Position numbers and translations under genes: made by a program
NCBI GenBank assembly: GCA_963752255.1
Contig: CAVVXT010000009.1
Span: forward strand, 1-50,473
Direction: 5' to 3'
Source: Nitrososphaeria archaeon
GTDB lineage: Archaea; Thermoproteota; Nitrososphaeria; JACIWG01
Length of the DNA: 50,473 bases
Notes under the pieces: generated by a model
Seen by the model: only the letters and a program-made list of their open reading frames with translations
What the model was told of the DNA's origin: nothing
Databases searched by the model: none
Part shown: positions 1 through 11,016 of the stretch, piece after piece
Layout of the letters: each line of letters starts with the position of its first letter
Numbering within the stretch: the stretch's first letter is position 1

Positions 1-481
1 ACCGCTTGAAACCACGCGGTTATCACTTAGCACATTGTTTGAAGAATTGTAGAGGAGAATGCCAAACCCACTGTCTCCAGCGTTGTTTCGATCAAGAGTA
101 TTATTGCTTGAAGAAATGAGATGAATACCATTATAGAAATATTCGATAACGATGTTTTTATCGTTACGTTACTTATGTTGGTCAGGCTAATAGCGTTCCC
201 ACCAGCTTCAAAATTTCCCGAAATGGTAAATCCGGCACCTTCGATCACTATATTACTTCTTTCAACAGTAATTCCACTGTAGGCAGAGGAACTGATGTTT
301 CCAGAGAAAAGTAAGTGACGTTGTCAGAACTTGAGATTGGAGCAGAAGACGGTGTAACGCTTCCATCGTTGTTAATGTGAATGGTTTCAGGCTGCGCCCA
401 GACTAGTCGACTATTAAGTATCTGGCTGAATGCACCCGCCAAAAGCAATGTTAGTATAATCCAAGAAAACAAGCCCTTCAC
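1..481 (-). CDS. Secreted parallel beta-helix (NosD-like) surface protein; frameshifted, runs off the window start
   Basis: ORFs 248..481 and 27..248 join into one protein. It has a signal peptide (MKGLFSWIILTLLLAGAF), then 'TIHINNDGSVTPSSAPI...NVTY', then 'IEGAGFTISG...AISLTNISNVTIK'. This is the typical N-terminus of archaeal NosD/beta-helix proteins. At least two frame breaks. Confidence 0.65.
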
Positions 482-808
482 TAGTCTCCCTCCTTTCCAT
501 ATGTGATGAATTGGCTCAAACTGAAAAAACTTCCGCTCAAGAGTAACGTCTGAATTTCGCGCCTATATGATTCTTAGCTGAAAAACCAAAAGCGATTCGC
601 ATCGCAGGACAAAAATGCTGACAGACTTTCTTGTTCATGTCAACCTTGAAAACAATGGGAAAGAATGAGGATGCTACACGGGGTCATCAATTAGATAGCT
701 CATACTAACGGAATGTAGCGCTTCCGGAGGCTTCGTCAACTTCTCTCGTGTTTGCAGGTTGAAGAGCGAGAGATAAGCCTTGAACTAGTTCTTGCGAATC
801 TTATTTGG

Positions 809-2352
809 CTACCACTTTCTCTTGTTTTTCTCCTTGCTTCGCCGGACAATGTGCTGCGATAGAAATGCAGATAGACTTAGAATTACTAATGCAAATAGCG
901 TAACAGACATTGGAAACTCAGAGACGACGCTATAGGTAAAGTACTGGCCTGCATTATTGTCGGTTATACTGTTGCCTGCTTGGTCAAAGGCGGTTATCTG
1001 AAAACCTACGAGAGTTCCAGCTTCCTGTCCAGGAATATTCAGTTCGTATACGCCACTGGTTTGGTTCAAGAACATTAATGAATCAATTCCAACAGAACTT
1101 CCATTTGTGAAGCAAACCAAGTTCACGCTTTTTATTCCACTTAGGCTGTCCGTAGCATTCACCGCAACTTTTACGGGTTCGTTATTTTGTACAAAGTTTA
1201 CTGGAGAAAGAATTGGTTCTGATAGGAAGGGAGGATTAGTGTCAAGAATGATTTTGGCCGAATATGTTTCTGATAATAGTCCAGCGTTGTCTTCAATTTG
1301 CAGATAGACTGTTTTCTCACCGTCTCCTCCTCGCAGGGTCCATTGTTTTGAACCAGACATTGATTCCCAAGGCTCTGTATCCCAAGTGTTATCGTTACTT
1401 AGTCTGATCCAATGGACTCCAGATAACAAGTCTGTTGCTGTGATGTTAAGTGATACTACAAGAGAGTTAGTGTAGGTCTGATTATTCGTAAAGCTGATAG
1501 AACCGACTGGAGGCGTTTTGTCGAGTTTTATGCCGGTAAGAAAGTGGTGAACTTCTTCTCGCCCAACATTGTCCACGCTCCAATACTCCAAAGTATTGTT
1601 ATCGCTCTCTAGAGTGATGATTGGTTGACCATTAGCGCTAACATTCTCAATTGGTCCTCCATCGATTCTGTAAGAAGTCTCGTTGACTCCACTGTAATCA
1701 TCTGTTGCATTCAGATTCACAGCGAAATCTGCGTTGTGCCACAGACCATCATAATCATTGGTGGTCTCCGGTGGCATCGTGTCTTCGGTAACATGTCCCA
1801 CATATTCAATTCTACTATCATGATCAGGATCTCCATAGTATAGACCTGTGTCGATATTAACTGCAACCAAGAGTCTTTGTCCTCGCTGCAGCTGCATATT
1901 CAGAGCACAATTCAAAGAGCTTGTTATGTTTCCAGGGGATAGTGATGCAGAGTCATTCAAAAAGTAGAATGCGTTTCCATTAACGTCAAACCAACCGAAA
2001 ATAGCATTCAGCGTATCGTTAGATGATGCTTCTTGATAATAAACTGTCAGAGCGACGTTCCCAAGAAAAATCCCGAGGTCAGAGGCAAACTCGCAAAGAA
2101 CGCATACTCCCATTGGCACGTGACGAACCAAGCCGATGGAGGAGGCTCATTGGTCATTTGATGAATACCAAGATAGTCATTCTCAATACTAGAGTTTATC
2201 CCGCTGAATGTAAATTGCTGAAAGTGCAGAATAGTTACAGTGTCCTGAAATCGTGAATTCGCCTTAGAATACGATAATGAAGGGGAACCAACAGTTAACA
2301 GCGACAAAACAACCAAGACAAACAAATTCATGAAGATCCTCTTACCGTTCAT
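809..2352 (-). CDS. Secreted Ig-like repeat surface protein with a PEF-CTERM-like C-terminal anchor; one frameshift near 2060-2070
   Basis: ORF 2047..2352 supplies the signal peptide and ORF 809..2131 the remainder. There are three 'D.(T/M).PP...ATD..SG(V/I)...D.(A/V)G' beta-sandwich repeats. The C-terminus is 'VSEFP' + hydrophobic helix + basic tail (RRSKEKNKRKW). Confidence 0.7.
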
Positions 2353-2589
2353 TCCGAATTCCTCTCATGCCCTCTGACAACGAGAACATTTCCATCATTA
2401 TGTCTTCTACTCCTCGATATTTCTCTTTTCGCGCGCGCTATATGTATTCAAAGCCAGTCTCTAAGAGCTCTAGCGTGCACATAAGAATTATCCATGCATA
2501 TAGTTGGATAGTGATATCAGAGGAAATGCAATCATGGATTCTTCCACAAGTAATAAGAAAGTCCAGTTCTACTTGTAGAATGGTAAGCA

Positions 2590-3810
2590 ATGAATAGAAT
2601 TGTGGTTCTTCTGTTTGTTCTGTTCTTGCTGATTGGGATCTCTGGCTGTACCCTTGAAGGCTCAAGGTGAATATACAGGGAATATAACCATCAACAGTGA
2701 TGGATCAATATCCCCTTTTGGAATGCATTTCCCTCCTCTTAATTCTCCAATTGTGAGATGGGAAAACATGCACCTTTGTTTTTTGGGAAAACATCAATGG
2801 AAAATGTCACAGTATTGAAAAAATGATGCAGTTCTTGATGGACATGGCTACACAGGTTGAAGGCAATTATACTGGAGACTCTGGAGCAGGAGTAATTGTC
2901 CAAGGCCATCAAATGTCACTGTAGAGAAACCTGCAACTTCTCAATTGCCAAACAGGTATTTAGGTCATTGACAGTACAGACTGCAATGTCACAATGAATC
3001 AAATTGACAACTGCACTTCTGGAGCCACTTCTTGATTCCACAAATCACACTAATGTAAGTCAAAGCAACTTTACTGGTAACACCCTACAACATGCTTCCC
3101 TCGTGGAATATATAGGGGTAGACATTGAATCCTCAAGAACCAACAATGTTATTGAAAACAATTTTACGGCTCTCAACACTGGAATATTTACAAACTGATC
3201 AAATCAGGACAATATTATTAACAACACTTTTCAATAGGCACAAATCAAATACAGGCGACTTTGTACATGCAATAGATTTTTCTTCAAGCAATCTTGTCTT
3301 TGGAAATAGAGTATCAGATGCCCAAGATGGAGGGCTTATCCCTGTTCAACCAGTCTAACAAACGTGACTCACTGGACCAACAACACTATACAAAACATAA
3401 TTGTCAACTGCACTTTAACAATATAAGCCTTGACGAATGCAAGTGGAAACTCCTTTATCCACAATAACATTCTTAAACAGCATCATATGGTGTTGATATA
3501 CTCATATTCTAATTCGACATTTGACTCATGGGATAGGTCTGAAGGCAACTATTGGAGTGACTACAATGAACAGACAAGAACCAAGATGGGCATAGGAGAT
3601 GGTCCGTATATCATTAATGAAAACAACATAGACCATCATCCGTTGATGGGCACTTATTACATTTTCAACTTTTCTTCATTTTATTACCCTGTTTACAAGT
3701 TTGAAGAAGTGGAAGTAATCAGCAATTCAACAATTGGAAATGTAGATCGTTGGTTTGCTGATGATGTAAACTCTCCTACAGGTGCAGACTGGCTACTCTA
3801 TATCACTGTC
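2590..3810 (+). pseudogene. NosD-like parallel beta-helix surface protein, heavily frameshifted and truncated at about 3810
   Basis: ATG at 2590 gives the signal peptide MNRIVVLLFVLFLLIG. Fragments across several frames read 'GNITINSDGSI', 'NNVIENNF', 'GNSFIHNN' and 'EGNYWSDYN...GIGDGPYIINENNIDHHPLMG', the hallmark NosD C-terminal motif. May be an intact gene corrupted by sequencing error. Confidence 0.7.
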
Positions 3811-4023
3811 CACAACACCGGCAACGGTAAAGATTACCAAAGAGATAAAAAATGTTAATCCAGACATAGCTAAATATGTTTCAGGATGTATACGTATGTT
3901 TGCGGCCTCCAAAGTTTTACTGATGCCTTTAACGTATTGGAACATTCTCCTGCCAAACCATCCAAAATAGGTGTATGATAGCCCGGCGAAGGTTATACCT
4001 ACCTTCTCTTTCTTCATCGTCAT
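3793..4023 (-). pseudogene. N-terminal fragment of a type II secretion system F / TadC-ArlJ-like pilus platform membrane protein
   Basis: 'ISKTLEAANIRIHPETYLA' followed by one TM helix resembles the N-terminus of archaeal T2SS-F family proteins. It stops after 76 aa where it meets the opposing NosD-like gene. Family call is from motif recall only. Confidence 0.55.
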
Positions 4024-4206
4024 TAAATAGGAACCATATTAATTTAAACTTAATGTTGAAATCTGATTATTTTTCCTATTAGAATCTAAAATAAACCCCT
4101 GCTTTAACTTTGATCTTAACCTTAACCTCCTTAATATTTATGATGGTCAAACTTTCTTCCAAAAACTTTAATAACGAAGGTGTGAAAAATTATATGTGGG
4201 CCAGAT

Positions 4207-6949
4207 TTGGGTAAAAAAGGAGTTGTTTGTATTATTTTATTTCTTATGTTCGCACCGATACTCGGAGCATCATATGCCTCATCGTCCCTTCAACTAAGTC
4301 TTCTAATCACTCCCGCTTTATCTTCTGTTCCTTCTGATGGCCTACAACATCCGGCTTTCTACATTTCAGTTGTGGATAGCTCCGGCAACCCTAGAACCGT
4401 CCAAAACTCAATTAACATAACTACTTCTAGTTCAGATGATAGGATATTGAAGGTTCCGACTTCTATAATAATGGGGAGTGGAAACTACTACGCCATCGTG
4501 AATGGTTCGAGCACCATTTTGGAACAGAAATCTGTTCAGGTTTCAGTTTCGTCATCTGGTCTTCAATCTGGCACGGCCACAATTTCAGTACAACCTCCAG
4601 CAGGCACTCCGATATCCCTCAAGGTTACCCTGCTTCCAGACACTGTAGTACCTTCGGTTGGATCAGAGTCAGATGTTGTTGTCACAATTGTTGACGCATA
4701 TAATCAGCCTGCTAAAGCTAGAGCTGATCTTAATGTAGCTTTGTCTTCATCCAATCTTCAGATAGCGAATGTAGTCCCTAATACAATCACAGTGTCAAAG
4801 GGGAATTTTTCTGCTATGGCTAAGATCAAAATTACAGGCTTTGTTGGAACAACTTCAATTACAGCCTCCTCTTCCAACCTTCAGTCTAACATTCAAACTT
4901 TTACAGTCTCCGGCCCTAAACCGGAAAAGATCAATATTTGGTTCCCTCCGTATATTTGCACAAATGAATCAGGTTATATCCCCGTTATGGTTACGGACCA
5001 AAATCTTCAACCTGCAAAACTACCTTTCCAACTTAACATCAGCCTTTTCTCTTCGAATACATCCATACTTTCTGTTCAAAATAGTGTTGCTATAGGTATT
5101 GAAAAATGGTATGCGTTGGCGACAATAATTTCCTCGAACATTACGGGGTCGGCTACGATTTATGCTTCAGCAGAAAAATATGGCTTCTACTAACATCGTC
5201 GTAAAAGTTGTCCGTCCGGTTGGAGCTCCAGAGACGCTCCAGGTCTACTCCTTGGCCAAGGTTTTTCCAGCTGACGAAATAAACTATTCCGGTCTTATGG
5301 TGCAACTTGTTAATAAAACTGGGTTTCCAACATGGTCCAACGTCTCACAGGTCGTTAACCTATTTTCAACGAACAATGAGATTCTCAGTATACCTGCTAC
5401 AGCAACGATTTTAGCAAATCATTCGATGATCTACCGCGGTGTTATCCCCACGGAGCCAGGTGATGTTCAAGTAAGCGTAGTTGCCTCAGGCTTTGGAGCG
5501 ACTCAATGCCAATTCTCTGTATATGAACCAATACCAAGTTCTATGAAAATAGTGGTTCCACCAATCCCTGCAGGGGGGGAAGTTATCGGGTACCTTTCTC
5601 TTTCAGGCGCGGGTGGGCCAGCTCCTGTACAACAGGATACTGCAGTGACTTTATCTTCTTCTAACACAAAAGTAGCTCAAGTCGATGCTACATCGATGCT
5701 TCTAAAGAAAAGCTACTACGTCGAATTTAATGTTACAGGCTTAACTCCGGGTACTTTCACTTTATCTGTGTCGGGTGCAGGGATACCGTCAGGCAGCATA
5801 CAAATACAAATTTATGAATTAAGGCCCTCAAAATTCTTTATATCAACTATTAAACCCATAGTTGGAATGCAATTTCCGGTTATTACGCAGATCATTTCTT
5901 CTTCAGGTCCTCCAGCAGTATTGGACGTACCCGTTCAAATCGCAATTTCTTCAAGTAATGCGACTGCAGTCAGTCTACCTGCTACTGGTCGAATTCAAGC
6001 GGACAAAAGTGAAACAATCCTATACGGCACAACTACATCTTCCAAGAAGGCATCGGTGACGATTGCATCGGTAGGCTTCACTTCTTCGACTTTGCAACTG
6101 CAAGCCGTATCTTATAAAGCCAAATTGTATTTAGTCAGTGATAAGACATCATCCACCGTCAAATCGATTGTAATACTTCAAGCCATAGTTACATTGGACG
6201 GTAATCCAGTTAGTGGAATAAAGGTCTCTTGGAAGGGGAATGGACTAACATATAATGATAGTATTACGGGCTCCTTTGGCAATTGCAGTAATATTTTGAC
6301 TTTGAGTCATGGTCAAAACGTTGTGGAAGCGTACGCTACGGTTCCCGGCGGAGGGTATGTTGATAATGCCACGAAGGTTCAGGGGTTAAGAGAATATGGA
6401 TTGGATACTTCATCGAACGTAAATGTGAACATCGACGTTGAGCCGATCGCATCCCAGTACAGGGAAAATTCTTCGGTGACTTTAAATGCGCCAAACACTG
6501 TAGCTATGAATGGATTATTTGGTTTACTAGGCGGAAAATATGATTTCAATCAATGGACTGGTTTTATAGACTCTGAGCAAAACCCACTGAATATAGTCTT
6601 TCGAGGAGGCAGTACAACGTTGGATGTTAGAGCTAATTATGTAGAGAACCTTACACTGGTTTATGTCTGGCTTGCAGTTATAATTGCAATAGTAGCCATC
6701 ATCGCTTTCTTCTTTTTTAGGAGGTGGTATGTGTCCAGAGTGCCTAAACAAAAAGAGGAAACAGAACCATTTGGAGGATTAGAAGAGCGCGTAACGAAAA
6801 CGAAAACAGAAGGGGACAAAGAAAAAGAGACTGGAGAAATAAAAGAAAAAACCAAGGAGGGCGCAACCGGGGAATCTAGCGAAGGTAAAGACATTAAAGA
6901 ATTCCCTGCTGAAGAAAAGAAGGATGACAGCGCAGAAGGAACTAAGTAA
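4207..6949 (+). CDS. Large (about 910 aa) membrane-anchored surface protein with about six Ig-like repeats; frameshift at the A5 run 5174-5178
   Basis: Removing one A fuses ORFs 4207..5193 and 5162..6949 (YASAENMASTN). Signal peptide, then six ~100-aa repeats with 'P....(V/I).(L/I).SS(N/D)..(I/V)..(V/I)P', then a 'DGNPVSGIKVSW' Big-1-like domain. C-terminal TM (VWLAVIIAIVAIIAFFFF) and a highly charged E/K tail. Confidence 0.8.
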
Positions 6950-7036
6950 AGACTTACATTTCTATTTTAAAAGAATCATAATGGATAAAAAGAAGGGATT
7001 TATGTTTTTAGTGTATCCAGCCTCGGATTTCGCCTG

Positions 7037-7116
7037 ATATAAACATAAATTATATTATATTATTTATAAAAATAATATAAATATTAAATAAAAATAAACA
7101 ATAGATTATTTATTTT
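7037..7116. other. Extremely AT-rich tract containing an 11-bp inverted repeat
   Basis: 7045-7098 is 54 nt of A/T only, and 7037-7116 has only 3 G/C. TTATATTATTT (7055-7065)-ATAA-AAATAATATAA (7070-7080) is a perfect inverted repeat. Confidence 0.8.
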
Positions 7117-7352
7117 GTTGGACAAATAAAAAGGAAAACCTTTACAGGGAATATGCAATCATAGAATAAATACCTGAAGCTGGATCCTTTGATCCAAGAT
7201 CATACCCTAACTCAACTTTATACCTAGGAAGCCCATCTGACTTTTTAAGTAACATTATAGCTTCCAAATCTGATTTATTAGCTGACATTGCTTAGATTTT
7301 TTATTCACTAATTTCTTCGATGAGCTTAAAAGCATCCTTTTTGTAAGTATAT

Positions 7353-7979
7353 ATGATATCGATGGACATTTGGGAACTGATCGTGATACTGTTCGCCGCG
7401 ATAGTATTAGTAGTAGTAGTGTTGCTTTACCTACTTTTGGGCAAAAAAAAGACGGAACAAAAGATATCTAAACAGCCAGCTCCATTAATGCAACCTTCTT
7501 CTCCAACTGAGGTGCCAACCGCACAGGTTCCAACTACGCAAGCAGGCGTATCTATTGCGCCACCACAGATTCTTCAAGAGACTTCAATTGCTGCAAAAGA
7601 AACAACGGAGCCGATTGCAGCGGCTGTAAAAGGTGAACTTTCAAAAGAGATAAAAGAAACTCCTAAACCAGAATCTGAATTGCTAGCTGTGCAGTCTTCT
7701 CCTATAACTGTGGCTCCAACAGAACAGGTTCTCCCTGCACAAGGAGGCCAAACTGTTGCTCCACCTGAAATTCGTCAAGAGCCTCCAACTATTAGAGAAG
7801 AAATAGCAGCGCCGATTACAGCAGTCATAAAAGAAGAGCCTTCAAAAGTGGTAGAAGTAACACCTAAACAAGAGCCTTCTGGGACACCTGAAAAAGAAAA
7901 AAAGACGCCAAGACGAAGGGGAAGGCCAAAGGGTTCCGGAAAGAAAAAACCCCAACCTGTTGAAAGCCCTTCAGTATAA
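7353..7979 (+). CDS. Single-pass membrane protein with a Pro/Glu/Thr-rich linker and a C-terminal AT-hook motif
   Basis: N-terminal TM (LIVILFAAIVLVVVVLLYLLL) followed by GKKK, a low-complexity linker, then 'PRRRGRPKGSGKKK' (AT-hook core RGRP) at about 7908-7950. Confidence 0.75.
   Translation: MISMDIWELIVILFAAIVLVVVVLLYLLLGKKKTEQKISKQPAPLMQPSSPTEVPTAQVPTTQAGVSIAPPQILQETSIAAKETTEPIAAAVKGELSKEIKETPKPESELLAVQSSPITVAPTEQVLPAQGGQTVAPPEIRQEPPTIREEIAAPITAVIKEEPSKVVEVTPKQEPSGTPEKEKKTPRRRGRPKGSGKKKPQPVESPSV
7488..7877 (+). repeat. Degenerate tandem duplication, period 201 nt (67 aa), inside the AT-hook protein
   Basis: 'MQPSSPTEVPTAQVPTTQAGVSIAPPQILQE...PIAAAVKGELSKEIKETPKPE' (from 7488) aligns with 'VQSSPITVAPTEQVLPAQGGQTVAPPEIRQE...PITAVIKEEPSKVVEVTPKQE' (from 7689). 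Confidence 0.8.
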
Positions 7980-8237
7980 ATAGGCATCCGAAAGACTGAA
8001 AAGATCGCAAAGAAGTGGCGACTTGAACCTTTAGTCTGCTTACGATATCGTCTTTTGTGCTATAACCTAAACCTCTTTATTACCGTTTAAAGAACTAATC
8101 AAAACACGGCTTCATTAAGTTAATTTGGTACATGAAAACCTTATTAATATAATTGTAGAAAATTGTGTATTAGAGAGTTTTAGAATGAATGAATTGCATA
8201 GGATATTGAATTCAAATTTACAGATGGTGCGTAGATA

Positions 8238-8705
8238 ATGTCAGCGTTCATCGCTCCTCCATTAGACTTCGAACAAATCAGAGAGCAGTGGAACAAATAT
8301 GAGCTAGCTGACGGAACGTTTTTGAAGGTCAAAATTGTTCTTACGAGGGTGACAAGGTCGGCTGCACAGGCAGGTGTGAACACGCCATCGCCTATCAGCG
8401 CAGACTTCCAACATATTTCCGTCATCCTCACGAACGAGCGCGGTCCCCCTGACACTACAGTACACACTCCACAAGACATAGCGTCCCATATAGTTAGGGA
8501 TAACATCCACTTCCGAACTGTCGAACAGGATTGGAGCGAATATCTTACCGATAACAATGTGAGAATACTCATTCAACCATTAGTAATGCGGGTCGCAAAA
8601 ACATCACTCTTCAACAATAAAGGTGAACCGATTTACCATGTAGAGATACAGGCGACAGTTCAAATACAACCACCAGACACTTCCTCACCATCGCAGCAGC
8701 AATAG
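8238..8705 (+). CDS. Hypothetical protein with an internally duplicated beta-rich domain
   Basis: 'LDFEQIREQWNKYELADGTFLKVKIVLTRV' recurs as 'IHFRTVEQDWSEYLTDNNVRILIQPLVMRV', followed by 'GEPIYHV'. Confidence 0.7.
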   Translation: MSAFIAPPLDFEQIREQWNKYELADGTFLKVKIVLTRVTRSAAQAGVNTPSPISADFQHISVILTNERGPPDTTVHTPQDIASHIVRDNIHFRTVEQDWSEYLTDNNVRILIQPLVMRVAKTSLFNNKGEPIYHVEIQATVQIQPPDTSSPSQQQ

Positions 8706-8968
8706 AAGTCAGGAACCGAATAAGGAGCTTGGTAGATTTTATATGAAAAGCATAAAGTTTGCGATAGAAGCATTGGAAGCAGCAAATCTCTCAACCGAAG
8801 GATAGGAAACATGGCTGAGATGAACGAGATTGATTAGGATTTCCACTAATCTCATTTTTCTTACCATAGCCTACGGATAGTACCTCTCTTGAATGTCTTG
8901 TGGAGATACAAGATTCTACATAAATCGAATTTAATTGATCCTAAATAAACCATATTTATCTATATCCC

Positions 8969-9400
8969 CTAATATCTAAATGGCACAGACCACTTCAATA
9001 TATCTTTAACTTCTCGTTCAACGTATTCACCGGCCTGGCGTGCGATGTCTCTTGCTGTTATTATGCCGTAGATTATTCCTCCTCTTGTAACAGGCAGTCT
9101 TCGGATATCATGCTTTTGCATCATTTCAGATGCCTTAAGAAGATCTTCATCTGGGTCTATGGTTATCAACGGAAAAGACATGATGTCTCCAACCTTGACT
9201 TTTAATGGATCACGTTCGGCAGCCACTATCTTGTTTACAAAGTCCCTTTCTGTCAGGATACCCGAGAGCTGGCCGTTCTGTAGTACTATAAGGAATCCTT
9301 TCCCTGTTTTCATCATAATCTTAGCTGCTTCAGTGGAAAGTTGGCTTTCTTCAATTGTGGGAACCTCTTTATCCATATAATCTTTAACGAGGTTGGGCAT
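8969..9400 (-). CDS. Stand-alone CBS-pair (Bateman) domain protein
   Basis: VKDYM...GILTERD and VGDIMS...IRRLPV...GIITARD are two CBS motifs. Confidence 0.92.
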   Translation of the reverse strand: MPNLVKDYMDKEVPTIEESQLSTEAAKIMMKTGKGFLIVLQNGQLSGILTERDFVNKIVAAERDPLKVKVGDIMSFPLITIDPDEDLLKASEMMQKHDIRRLPVTRGGIIYGIITARDIARQAGEYVEREVKDILKWSVPFRY

Positions 9401-9722
9401 AGCTTAGATCGAACAATTGTATTTCTAGGTTATTTATTTAAGCGTTTGTATTGTAACCTGAGAGCTAACCTTAAACAATATGCTGGATCTATTAAATATT
9501 GCAAATCGCATGTAATTTCGATTTACACGGTTTAAAATTTGATGACATTATCTAATCTTTCATATAATCAAATGAAGAGATTTATTTTTCAATAACCTTC
9601 TGCTTCCATAAAATGTATTGATTTAAATTTGATTAAAATCTATATCTTTCCATATTTTATTGAAACTTTAAAACTCAGAGCTTTTTCTTGCATCATTCCT
9701 GTACCTGTGATCGTCGGTATGA

Positions 9723-10852
9723 TTAATCAATATTCAACTTCAGAAACATCGTCAGAACAACTAGACTTGATATGGGGATAATTAAGGTCGCTATATTTGG
9801 GCCATATATGTTGTCTATTGTACCTATTAGGGGCGCCGTTATTAATGCACCAAAGTTACCAAAAAAACTAGTCTGCCTATAGTTTTCCCGGGGTTACCCC
9901 TGTACTTGCTGTAAGTAACTGCCATAACCAGAGGATAAATAGGGACGTAGGCCAGTCCTACGATCCCCCAGATAAAGGCGTTAGGGATGAACCCGATGAC
10001 TGCGATTGAGATAAGAGTACAAATGAAACAGACCAAGATAAAGTAAACTAGAGCTTTCTTCTCTCCTGTCTTATCCACTACCTTCCATCCGAATATTCTC
10101 ATAACGGTTCCAGCGCCCCAGTAGCAACTGAGCAGAGCACTTGCCTCAAGGTAGGTCGCTTTGTTTGAAGTAACTATATAAGTTGGTAGCCAAGAAGAAA
10201 TTGCTTGCCCAACTATGAACATGAAAAACAACGCCGTGAAGAGCACGTAAAAGGTGTTATCTTTCGCACTTTTCCCCTCAGATAGGGGCACGCTCTGCGT
10301 TCTCACTTGTTTAATCTTAAATTGGAAGACCATGGAGGCTGCTAAAAGTCCCCCGAATAGCATGTAAGCAATCTTCCAGGAGTTAAAGTCTGTAACGATT
10401 AAAGCTACAAGGGTCGGACCTATGGTTGCTCCGATTCCAAAAAAAGCTTGATTGTAGCCTAGCATCTTGAGTTTAGCTTCAGGATAAAGGTCTAAGATTG
10501 ATTGGCTAGAGGAAGCTTGAAAAGTCCCTATCGAAACACCCGTTAGAAACGACATTGCTATAAAAAGAAAAATACTGTTTGAGAAGCCCGCGAGAAAAGT
10601 TGTGAGACCTAAGAAGAATAAAGAAAGTCTTGTCATGTAATATGAGCCATATTTATCCGCATATTTTCCTGTAAAAATAGAAAACATAGCGCCGAAGCAC
10701 GCAGCTGAAACAACAACACCTGCCTCGGCAAAATCTACATTGAACGAGCTCATAATATTTAGACTTGACGGCCCAAAGAGGCTGTTTACCAGTCCCCAAA
10801 GGAGCATGTCTAGGGATAGAGTCGACCATATTATTGTCCTACTGTCCACCAC
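9723..10852 (-). CDS. MFS transporter (12-TM, FucP/TsgA-like); frameshift at the homopolymer 9861-9867
   Basis: Motif A-like 'GKYADKYGS' and 'VVDKTGEKK', with many TM helices. Adding one T extends the ORF with 'FGNFGALITAPLIGTIDNIYGPNIATLIIPISSLVVLTMFLKLNID*' to 9723, completing TM11-12. Confidence 0.85.
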
Positions 10853-11016
10853 GAGAAGTCATACCAAAATTAGGGAAGTTAAACATTTATGAAAGCGGTA
10901 TTTTCTTATCACTTAATTTCATTTTATCACCAAATTTATTCAGATATACGGCATTGCACCGTACAGTGAAACAAAGGGAACTAGATTGATGCAGATTCTA
11001 GTTGGAATTGGGGTTG

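Noticed and set aside
5174-5178. Programmed frameshift or phase variation in the surface protein (and at 39916-39919)
   Set aside because: The runs are short, no stimulatory structure is evident, and identical lesions hit unrelated genes. Sequencing error is more parsimonious.
6950-7350. Replication origin
   Set aside because: An AT-rich tract is present, but there are no recognisable ORB repeats and no neighbouring cdc6/orc1.
8743-8830. Short reading frame MKSIKFAIEALEAANLSTEG as a gene remnant
   Set aside because: Only 20 codons with no identifiable family.
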